Below the pieces are notes generated by a model. The model saw only the letters and a program-made list of their open reading frames with translations. It did not search any database and had not been told where the DNA came from. The position numbers and the translations under genes are program-made. A stretch of DNA of 64,000 nt from Acidobacteriota bacterium. Lineage in GTDB: Bacteria > Acidobacteriota > Thermoanaerobaculia > Gp7-AA8. Below, piece after piece: positions 38,301-44,727 of the stretch (position 1 is the stretch's first letter; the number at the start of each line of letters is the position of its first letter). The stretch spans positions 576,001 to 640,000 of the forward strand of contig JAFATB010000014.1 of the NCBI GenBank assembly GCA_019244185.1, given 5' to 3'.

Positions 38301-39502
38301 ACGTGCGCGTGCAGAACACCGGCGGCAGCGGCGTCAAGGGCACGCAGGTGAACGGCTTCACGTTCACCAACGGCTCGATCGCGAGCTCCGGCACCGCCGG
38401 CGGTGCGGACGACAGCAACATCGCGTTCAACACCTTCACCAGCGGCAACGAGCAGAACGTCTCCGGCGTCGTCACGATCACCGGCAACACGCTGACCACC
38501 GCGCTGTGGAACGGCATTCACATTCGCAACGGGAACGGCGTGCTGGCGAACGTCATCGCCTCGAACAACACCATCACCAGCGCGACTACGACCGCCGCGT
38601 CGAAGGGCACGGGCATCAACATCGAGCTCCTCGGGAACGCTTCGACGGTGGCGAGCCTGACCAAGGCGAGCTTCGCGAACAACGTGATCTCGAACTTCCC
38701 GAGCGGCGGCGGCATCCAGATCCTCGGCGGCAATGCGAACGCCGCCGGACCGGCAGGCACCGCCGGCATCGACGGCGATCCGGCGAACGTCGTCTCGATC
38801 ACCGGCAACTCGATCAAGGGTCTGAGCCCCGCGAGCCGCATGGGTACGAACGCGATCGTCGTGTCCGTCGGCGGCAAGGGTCAGGGCAACTTCGCCGTGA
38901 ACAACAACGGCGCGGCCGGCAACCCGATCACGAACGTGCTCGGCGCCGCGATTCTCGTCGGCGTGAACGGCAACGCGCACGCGACGGTCGATACGAGCAG
39001 CAACGTCATCGTCGCGAACAACTCGCTCGGCTCAGCGGGCATCTCCGGCGGCACCGGCATCACGTTTGGCAACACCGACACGCCGATCCTGTCGTGGACC
39101 ATCAACGGCAACAGCGTCAGCGCCACGGACGGCAACGGCATTCTCGCCGTCGCGCGCGGCGCGGCGGGCCAGTTGAAGACCGCCATTACGAACAACGTCG
39201 TGGCCGCGCCGCTGACCGGTGCGCGTCCCGGCATCCGCGTCGACGCCGGCACCGCTGCCTCGACCGACGATGCGGTCTGCCTCTCGATCTCCGGCAACAC
39301 CAGCGCCGGCAGCGGCGGGCTTCAGGGCATCGGTCTGCGCAAGCAGGGGAGCAACCCGACCATCAACGATTTCGCGATCGTCGGGAACCCTGCCACCTCG
39401 TCGCCGGCGGTCGAAGCGTACGTCGACGGTCTCAATCCCGCCGGGGGCGGGACGGTGCTTCTTTCCGCAACCACGGGATTCACGAACTGCACGCTGCCCT
39501 GA
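32387..39502 (+). CDS. Giant secreted adhesin B (~2370 aa): haemagglutinin-like N-terminal beta-helix, Ig-like repeats, C-terminal beta-helix paralogous to adhesin A
   Basis: GGAGGGG RBS and ATG 32387; signal peptide ending AFA; 8 EDSG repeats; C-terminal region shared with adhesin A. Confidence 0.9.
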   Translation: MRSLSLRLLLSLLSLIAVPVAFAHDVTISGTNSFAALDGSAVDHDHAVNGVFTVNDGNLIVNGTVNCNDDGASANSACAMAFVVSGNVTINAGGALYAENRAGNGSGGAISVSAGGSLTLNGNAIISASSNGGSSTSNGGNVSITAGAVTLGSTSTIDAGASGGQAGSITIGAGGVVTIAGNVLSGPSRALLATRLTGAVLNGGGGNQSGGAITIATTTFIEPALVVSSTANIVSQGEKNGAGNVTLDACGIEIRGLVAAVSTKDLPAHVIVRSGKSLLVDGRDLGATGTRMGRVRADALNDGATDDGVDLFARGDVSVYGPLTGSLFVVSSVPGGKVKKDGSGTIRVVSLEGAATVSGKAFIAGIDGKGTRGGTISIDSAGTATLDTATLVAIGDYTKPKKQSAGGHIAVRSYSGDVLWRNGTGDIRPVGSDADVPPADQGTIVLTACGTVNTTGSSFPTTGVATSVFPQTQTGVCSPAAPSLPAGTPPLVTCNTPPVANDTSASTNEDNAVTVHLSGSDADGDSLTFSIVTPPAHGSLGAVVSTGPTTADVTYTPALNYNGSDSFVYRANDGNGGTDDANATITIAPVNDPPSFLAGPTVTVLEDSGPKTVVSWATSISPGPADESAQSVTFTVTNDNNALFAVQPAVAPNGTLTFTPAANAYGSATITIVAHDNGGTANGGNDTSAPQTSTITVTAVNDPPSFTAGPNQTVNEDSGAQSVANWATSISAGPNESGQALTFHVSNDNNALFSAQPAVSPSGTLTYTPAANANGTAIVTVYLQDDGGTANGGVDTSATQTFTITVNAVNDEPSFTSGGNVSVLEDSGAYSAPWATSISAGPADESGQTVTFSTSNDNHALFSVQPSVASNGVLSFTPAANAFGTATVTVTLSDNGGTANGGDDTSPSQTFTITVNAVNDEPSFTSGGNISVLEDSGAYSAPWATGISAGPNESAQALTFHASNDNNALFSVQPSIAPDGTLTFTPAANANGTATVTVYLTDDGGTANGGDDTSPSQTFTINVTAVNDAPSFTSGGNVTVNEDSGAYSAPWATSISAGPADESGQTLTFHVTGNSNPSLFSVAPSIAPDGTLTFTPAANAFGSSTITVTLSDDGMTANGGADTSAPQSFTITVNNVNDEPSFTAGGNVTVNEDSGAYSAAWATGISAGPNEGSQTLTFHVSNDNNALFAAQPAISASGVLTFTPASNAFGTATVTVYLQDDGGTANGGDDTSASVTFQITINPVNDAPSFNSGGDVTVNEDSGAYTAPWATSVSAGPANESGQTLAFVITGNTNPSLFAAGPSIAPDGTLTFTPAANAFGSAAITVHLQDDGGTANGGADTSGSVTFNINVTSVNDPPSFTAGGNVTVNEDSGPYSATWATSISAGPGESQPLTFNVSNDNNALFAVQPAISPSGVLTFTPAPNAFGSANVTVTLSDGIDTTSPVTFVITVNGVNDPPTANNDTWETEGNTELRVDVGPSATPHVSDTTPSGRGVADNDADTVEGDPFSVTGIVGCADTTAPYVCSVAGGTVTMNANGSFSFMPSPGATSATFQYTVTDQPAAGIPASATGTVTITIHDMIWYVNGGAPAGGNGTSASPFNSFAPLNGGGDADVAGDYIFVHASTVNGGIALEPNEKLWGEGVGLIIPRNLNGNGSPTTLVAPGVKPLIAASVGNAVDVSSVSGVEIAGLALSAPTGNGIDVTSPIAGAAAGARIYSNSITAAGQQGIDISAFGPIGTDVSIDSTSIVSTGTGIALFGSDGTVTFSCTNTSIRSIAGSGITADASAADAFYVTGLANVSVDGATPGAGISVTGATFDANPSTAAFDTVNTGTLNIGSSVDPVGTSGLTLTNASGDVAIGTLNSFAATQALGVAGSGLFTGTTGLQLTSGGGSLAATAGVGLSVTNTTIGAANLSFTSVSAAGATNGIVLNNTGTTGGLKVLGTGSANSGGTIQNTTSHGVLLTNTTAPSFNNVRVQNTGGSGVKGTQVNGFTFTNGSIASSGTAGGADDSNIAFNTFTSGNEQNVSGVVTITGNTLTTALWNGIHIRNGNGVLANVIASNNTITSATTTAASKGTGINIELLGNASTVASLTKASFANNVISNFPSGGGIQILGGNANAAGPAGTAGIDGDPANVVSITGNSIKGLSPASRMGTNAIVVSVGGKGQGNFAVNNNGAAGNPITNVLGAAILVGVNGNAHATVDTSSNVIVANNSLGSAGISGGTGITFGNTDTPILSWTINGNSVSATDGNGILAVARGAAGQLKTAITNNVVAAPLTGARPGIRVDAGTAASTDDAVCLSISGNTSAGSGGLQGIGLRKQGSNPTINDFAIVGNPATSSPAVEAYVDGLNPAGGGTVLLSATTGFTNCTLP
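34157..36748 (+). repeat. 8 intragenic tandem Ig/cadherin-like repeats, ~108 aa each
   Basis: ND[PEA]PSF..G..V.EDSG...WAT.ISAGP...LF..QP....G.LTFTPA units. Confidence 0.92.
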
Positions 39503-39551
39503 ACGGGCGGCGTGCAGTTCTCGATCGAAGTTTGTAGACAGGAGGAAATCG

Positions 39552-40061
39552 ATGGCAGAACCATTTCTCTCGGAGATCCGGATCATGAGCTTCGTGTTCG
39601 CGCCGAAAGGGTGGGCTCTGACCAATGGGCAGTTGCTGCCCATCAATCAGAACCAGCCGCTCTTCTCGCTGCTCGGCACCACGTTCGGCGGCGATGGCCG
39701 CGTGAACTTCGCGCTGCCGGATCTTCGCGGACGCGTGCCGATTCACGTCGGCAGCGGGCACACGCTGGGCGAGCGCGGCGGCGAGCAGGCGCATACGTTG
39801 TCGATCGGGGAGCTCCCGACGCACACGCACGTCCTGAACGCCACGAGCATCGACGCGACCACGAACACCGCCGCGAACAACGTGCTGCTCGCCAAGACGA
39901 CGGCGGCCAACATGTACGCGCCGGCGAGCTCGAACCTCGCCGCGATGGCGCCCGCGGCGATCGCGAGTGTCGGCGGCTCGCAGGCTCACCTGAACATGCA
40001 GCCCTTCCTCACGCTGTCGTTCTGCATCGCACTGCAGGGCATCTTCCCGTCGCAAACTTAG
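39552..40061 (+). CDS. Phage tail-collar domain protein (MdpB-like), triplet 1 subunit A
   Basis: MAEPFLSEIR, FAPKGWA, LFSLLGTTFGGDG..FALPDLRGR, HTH, NMQPF..FCIALQGIFP; AGGAGG RBS. Confidence 0.93.
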   Translation: MAEPFLSEIRIMSFVFAPKGWALTNGQLLPINQNQPLFSLLGTTFGGDGRVNFALPDLRGRVPIHVGSGHTLGERGGEQAHTLSIGELPTHTHVLNATSIDATTNTAANNVLLAKTTAANMYAPASSNLAAMAPAAIASVGGSQAHLNMQPFLTLSFCIALQGIFPSQT

Positions 40062-40076
40062 AAAGGAATCGCGATC

Positions 40077-40589
40077 ATGGCCCAGCCCTACGTTGGTGAG
40101 ATCAGAATGTTTGCGGGCAACTTCGCGCCCGCCGGCTGGATGTTCTGCGAGGGACAGCTCCTGCCGATTTCGGAGTACGAAACGCTGTTCAACCTGATTG
40201 GAACGACTTACGGAGGCGACGGACAAAGCACCTTCGCGCTGCCCGACCTCCGCGGCCGGATTCCGCTTCATCAGGGGAACGGCTTCATCCTCGCCGAGAC
40301 CGGCGGCGCCGAGGAGATCACGCTGACCGTCGCGCAGATGGCGGGGCACTCGCACGCGCTGCTCGCCACGCGCAACCCGGCCTCCAGTTCGTCACCGGGA
40401 TCGAGCGTCCTGCCCGGCATCACGGCCGCGTCGACCATCACGCCGTACGGTACCGACGCCCCGCGCGGTCCCGCGGCCCCGAGCGCCGTCAGCGCGGTCG
40501 GTGGCAGTCAGCCGCACAACAACTTCCAGCCCTATCTCTGCGTGGACTTCATCATTTCGCTGTTCGGCATCTTCCCGTCTCCGACTTGA
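40077..40589 (+). CDS. Phage tail-collar domain protein, triplet 1 subunit B
   Basis: YVGEIRMFAGNFAPAGW, YGGDGQSTFALPDLRGR, HSH, PHNNFQPY. Confidence 0.93.
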   Translation: MAQPYVGEIRMFAGNFAPAGWMFCEGQLLPISEYETLFNLIGTTYGGDGQSTFALPDLRGRIPLHQGNGFILAETGGAEEITLTVAQMAGHSHALLATRNPASSSSPGSSVLPGITAASTITPYGTDAPRGPAAPSAVSAVGGSQPHNNFQPYLCVDFIISLFGIFPSPT

Positions 40590-40634
40590 TGCCATTGGTG
40601 GAAGCGCCGCATTCGCGAAAGAGAGGAGAAAACG

Positions 40635-41153
40635 ATGGCCGATCCGTTTGTTGCTGAAATCCGCATCTTCCCCTTCAACTTCGCCCCCAAAGGGTGGGCG
40701 TGGTGCGACGGGCAGCTCCTGCCGCTGTCGCAGAACACCGCGTTGTTCTCGCTGCTCGGAACGACCTATGGCGGTGATGGCAAGTCCACCTTTGCGTTGC
40801 CCGATATGCAGGGCAACACCCCGATGCATCCGGGACAGGGACCCGGACTGTCGCTGCATGACCTCGGCGAGACCGGCGGCTCCGAAACCGTCTCGCTGCT
40901 CGAGTCCGAGATCCCGTCGCACAGCCATGGCCTGATGATCTCGTATCAGGACGGCACCGATCAGTCGCCCGTCAACGAGCAGTACTCGAGCGGCGTCGGC
41001 ATCGGACAGTGGGCCGTTCCGGGGGCGCTGGTCGCGCTCTCCGACAACGCCCTCGCCCCCGCCGGCGGCGACCAGCCGCACAACAACATGCAGCCGTACC
41101 TGACGCTGTACTTCAACATCGCGCTGCAGGGCGTTTACCCGCCGCGCACCTGA
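40635..41153 (+). CDS. Phage tail-collar domain protein, triplet 1 subunit C
   Basis: FVAEIRIFPFNFAPKGW, GQGPGLS, HSH, PHNNMQPYL. Confidence 0.93.
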   Translation: MADPFVAEIRIFPFNFAPKGWAWCDGQLLPLSQNTALFSLLGTTYGGDGKSTFALPDMQGNTPMHPGQGPGLSLHDLGETGGSETVSLLESEIPSHSHGLMISYQDGTDQSPVNEQYSSGVGIGQWAVPGALVALSDNALAPAGGDQPHNNMQPYLTLYFNIALQGVYPPRT

Positions 41154-41201
41154 TTCACGTTCACGTTCATCGAGAGAGAGACAAGACTGGAGATCCGCAT
41201 C

Positions 41202-41939
41202 ATGAACACGACCTGCCGCCCTGGTGACATTGGCAGACGTGAGTTTCTCGTGCTGTCGTCGACGTGTGCCGCCGCGACAGCGGCCTTCGGACCGAAGCTG
41301 TTCGCCGCCGAATCGCAGGCGGTGGCGAAGCGGCTTGCCGTCGGCTTCACTGATGCCGAGGAGGGAGCGGCGTTCGTTCCGGCGGCGCAGATCCCTTCGG
41401 GCGACGGCGGCTTCATCAGCCGGGGCGCACGCATCGCGGTCTCGGGCGCAAGTGGAGTGCCCGCGGCTCCGGATGCACGCCGCACCGTCGAGTTGCGTAC
41501 GCACTTTCCGTACTTCGAAGGGGCGGACCGCCGCGAGGCGTTGTATCTCGCGTGGGGTTCGAACCGCCGCACCGGCAGTCAGGGTGCGCCGGTGAGCTTC
41601 ATCGCGCCGGTCGACGTCGAGCAGAAGGTTCTGCTCAGCGTCGCCGTCGAATCGGGAGCGGTCGGCGGTGCGCCGACGCGCCGCCGCGCCGTGGGTGGCG
41701 CGGGCACGGCGTCGTCGAGCATGCTGCCGCTCACGCTCGCGCTCACGAGCGAGGCTGAAACGCTGAAGCTCGTGCGTGGCTACTACGCGGTCGTCCCGCT
41801 GTTCGAGAACGACCGCGAGCCGCGCTGGTCCGACTACACGCTCGCGCGCAAGGACGCGCGCTGGGCGCTGGTCGACCGCAACGGCGAAGTCGCACCGTTC
41901 GAGCATTTCGTTCTCCGCATCGATTACGCCACCGTCTGA
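41202..41939 (+). CDS. Hypothetical protein with twin-arginine (Tat)-like signal
   Basis: GRREFL followed by an Ala-rich h-region; GGAG RBS; lies between the collar and GNAT genes. Confidence 0.7.
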   Translation: MNTTCRPGDIGRREFLVLSSTCAAATAAFGPKLFAAESQAVAKRLAVGFTDAEEGAAFVPAAQIPSGDGGFISRGARIAVSGASGVPAAPDARRTVELRTHFPYFEGADRREALYLAWGSNRRTGSQGAPVSFIAPVDVEQKVLLSVAVESGAVGGAPTRRRAVGGAGTASSSMLPLTLALTSEAETLKLVRGYYAVVPLFENDREPRWSDYTLARKDARWALVDRNGEVAPFEHFVLRIDYATV

Positions 41940-41941
41940 TC

Positions 41942-42466
41942 GTGACCTCATCCGCTTCGGGTGACCGCGCCGCCGGCGCGGTCACCCTTCGTCCCGCCAC
42001 CGACGCCGACTACGCGTTCATGCGTTTCCTCTACGGCTCGACACGCGAAGAGGAACTGCAGCATTTCCCGTTCGACGATGCGCAGAAGTCCGCGTTCCTC
42101 GACCAGCAGTTCGCCGCGCAGTACGAGCATTACCGCGTGCATTACCCGACCTGCGAGCGCAACATCATCGAGGTTGGCGGCGAGCTCGCGGGCCGGCTCT
42201 GGCTCGACGAATGGCGCGATCAGATCCGCCTCGTCGACATCGCGCTCCTGCCGCGGTGGCGCGGCACCGGCGTCGGCACGAGCCTCGTGCGCAACGTGCT
42301 CGCGCGCGGCGCCGCGGCGGGGAAGCCGGTCACGATCCACGTCGAAGCCTACAACCCCGCGCTGCGGCTCTACCAGCGCCTCGGCTTCGAGAACGTCGAC
42401 ACCAACGGCGTCTACCTCCTCATGCGCTGGGCGCCGCCCGATCAGGCGAAGACGGCTTCGTACTGA
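41942..42466 (+). CDS. GNAT N-acetyltransferase of the tail-collar-associated type
   Basis: FLDQQFAAQ..HY, LVDIALLP.WRGTGVGT, HVEAYNPALRLYQRLGF. Confidence 0.92.
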   Translation: MTSSASGDRAAGAVTLRPATDADYAFMRFLYGSTREEELQHFPFDDAQKSAFLDQQFAAQYEHYRVHYPTCERNIIEVGGELAGRLWLDEWRDQIRLVDIALLPRWRGTGVGTSLVRNVLARGAAAGKPVTIHVEAYNPALRLYQRLGFENVDTNGVYLLMRWAPPDQAKTASY

Positions 42467-42741
42467 TAGACGTCTTTCGTCTCGCCGACCGGCACGAGGA
42501 AGATGTCCATCGGCTCCGCGGTCTCGTGCGTGACGTGATAGATGCGCTGCTGCAGCAGGTACGAGCGCGGGCCGATGAAGTAGAGCGAGAACGGATGGCG
42601 CGGCAGCTGCGCGGCCTCGCTCTCCATCACTTTTGCGGCGCGCTCGAGCCGCAGTTCCACCTTCGCACCATTCGGGAATTCGGCCCAGAAACTCGTTCCC
42701 ACGAGCGGTTCGAACGATTCGACGGTGAGCTGATCCAGCAT
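42442..42741 (-). CDS. DUF6916-like small protein
   Basis: LTVESFEPLVGTSF, PFSLYF.GP, L.QRIY...H, IFLVPVG, YEAVF pattern; typical neighbour of collar triplets. Confidence 0.75.
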   Translation of the reverse strand: MLDQLTVESFEPLVGTSFWAEFPNGAKVELRLERAAKVMESEAAQLPRHPFSLYFIGPRSYLLQQRIYHVTHETAEPMDIFLVPVGETKDVYQYEAVFA

Positions 42742-42776
42742 GCCGCGTTTTTAGCACAGTTTCGCGTTGCGCTACG

Positions 42777-43754
42777 ATGCCGGACGTGGCTGTCGATGAA
42801 CGCCTGACGCCCGCCGCGCCGCCGCAGGATGTGAACTCCGACCTCGGCTTCGGCGCCGTCGTCTCGCGCGAGAGCCGCGCGCGTCTGCTCAACCGCGACG
42901 GCAGCTTCAACGTCCGCCGCACCGGCCTGCGCGTGTGGGAGTCGCTCTCGATCTACCACTACTTCCTCACGCTGTCGTGGCCGCGCTTCCTCTCGTTCGT
43001 GATGGTCGTATACGTCGCCACGAACGCGCTCTTCGGCCTCGTCTACGTTTCGCTGGGAGACGGCGCGCTGCAGGGCGCCGAGCATCTCGACGCGATGCAT
43101 CGCTACGCGAAGTCGTTCTTCTTCAGCGTGCATACGCTGGCCACGATCGGCTACGGCAACGTCGTCCCGGCCACGCTCTCCGCCGACGTCGTGGTCACGC
43201 TCGAGTCGCTGGTCGGCATCCTCGGCTTCGCCGTCGTCGCCGGCATCGTCTTCGCGCGTTTCGCGCGGCCGGTGGCGCGCATCGTCTTCAGCCGCAACGC
43301 CGTCATCGCGCCGTATCGCGGCAGCCGCGCGTTCATGTTCCGCATCGTCAACCAGCGCTCGACGCAGCTCGTGCAGCTCGAGGCGCGCGTGCTCCTCGCG
43401 CGGCGCCGCGTGCCCGGCGCGCGCACGGCCGACCGCGAGTTCGTACAGCTCGAGCTCGAACGCGATCACGTCGTCTTCTTCCCGCTGGCGTGGACGATCG
43501 TGCATCCGATCGATGAGCGCAGTCCGCTCCGCGACTGGACAGAAGAAGACCTGCGCGAGTGCGATGCCGAGTTCCTCATCCTGCTCAATGGCTTCGACGA
43601 GACCTTCTCGCAGACCGTGCACGCGCGCTCGTCGTACAAGGTGCAGGACGTCGTGTGGGGCGCGCGCTTCGCGAGCATGTTCAATCCGACGGAAGACGGC
43701 GTGGTGAGCGTCGACATCCGCAAGCTCGACGACCTCGAACCCGCGACCGTCTGA
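42777..43754 (+). CDS. Inward-rectifier potassium channel (KirBac-like)
   Basis: FFFSVHTLATIGYG selectivity filter, 2 TMs, FARFARP.ARIVFS, WTIVHPIDERSPL. Confidence 0.95.
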   Translation: MPDVAVDERLTPAAPPQDVNSDLGFGAVVSRESRARLLNRDGSFNVRRTGLRVWESLSIYHYFLTLSWPRFLSFVMVVYVATNALFGLVYVSLGDGALQGAEHLDAMHRYAKSFFFSVHTLATIGYGNVVPATLSADVVVTLESLVGILGFAVVAGIVFARFARPVARIVFSRNAVIAPYRGSRAFMFRIVNQRSTQLVQLEARVLLARRRVPGARTADREFVQLELERDHVVFFPLAWTIVHPIDERSPLRDWTEEDLRECDAEFLILLNGFDETFSQTVHARSSYKVQDVVWGARFASMFNPTEDGVVSVDIRKLDDLEPATV

Positions 43755-43772
43755 GCTACACTGAAGGCAAGC

Positions 43773-44711
43773 ATGCAGGTCATCCTCCAGGGGAGTCTGC
43801 GGCACTTTCCGCCGGCAGAGCTCCTCTCGTTCCTGTCTCGCCGCGGGCAGCGCGGCACGCTCGATCTCGAGACCACCGGCCGCCGCGCGCGCATCGTCTT
43901 CGAGCGCGAAACGATCGTGGCCGCGGAGTCGAACAAGGCCAACGACGCACGTGACGCGGTGCTCGACGCGCTCTCCTGGCCCGGCGGCTCGTTCACGCTG
44001 CTCGACGATGCCGTATTGCCCGAGAACGCGGCCAAGCTCGCGCTGCCGCTCGATGCTCTTCTCGAAGAAGCGAAACGCCGCGCCGCCGCGGGCTCGGTCT
44101 ACGCCGACGCGACGAGCTTCCGCGTCATCGACGCGCCGTCGCTGCAGCAGCAGGTGAGTCTCACGGCCGAGGAGTTCAAGCTGTTGTTCCGCATCGCGAG
44201 CGGAAAGACGTTCGTCGAGCTCGTGACGGAGCTCGGCGTCCCGCGGCAGGAGCTCGCGGAGCGATTGCAGCGGCTCGAACAGATCGGACTCGTCGCCGCG
44301 ATGCGCGCGGAGCCGGGCACCGATCCGGGCGCGGAGAAGACGGCGCCGCAGGCCATGCTGCCGCGGCAGCGCACGCTCGTCGGCTCGCTCACGCCGGACG
44401 ACGCGCCCGACAGCGTGTGGCCGCTGCTCGACGCGGAGGCGACGATGGGCCGCGCGCCCGCGAATGCGATCGTCATTCAGGACGGCAGCGTGTCGTCGCG
44501 CCACGCGCGCATCGTGCGCGGCGCCGACGGCTTCTATCTCGAAGATCTGCAGAGCCGCAACGGCACGTTCGTGAACGGCGAGAAGGTCACCGAGAAGCGC
44601 CTCCTCGCCGACGGCGATCTCATTCGCCTCGGCAAGATCATCATGACGTTCAACGTCGCGCGCGAAGGGAAAGCGGGCGATACCACGCAGCCGGAGGTCC
44701 GGGTCGTGTAG
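43773..44711 (+). CDS. DUF4388 (PATAN-like) + FHA domain protein
   Basis: LQGSLRHFPPAELL N-terminus; C-terminal FHA GR...VSSRHA...DLQSRNGTFVNG. Confidence 0.85.
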   Translation: MQVILQGSLRHFPPAELLSFLSRRGQRGTLDLETTGRRARIVFERETIVAAESNKANDARDAVLDALSWPGGSFTLLDDAVLPENAAKLALPLDALLEEAKRRAAAGSVYADATSFRVIDAPSLQQQVSLTAEEFKLLFRIASGKTFVELVTELGVPRQELAERLQRLEQIGLVAAMRAEPGTDPGAEKTAPQAMLPRQRTLVGSLTPDDAPDSVWPLLDAEATMGRAPANAIVIQDGSVSSRHARIVRGADGFYLEDLQSRNGTFVNGEKVTEKRLLADGDLIRLGKIIMTFNVAREGKAGDTTQPEVRVV

Positions 44712-44727
44712 CCCGCCCGGCGCGCCG

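Noticed and set aside
39552-41153. Prophage, tailocin or eCIS suggested by the tail-collar genes
   Set aside because: No sheath, tube, baseplate, capsid, terminase, integrase or lysis genes in the window.
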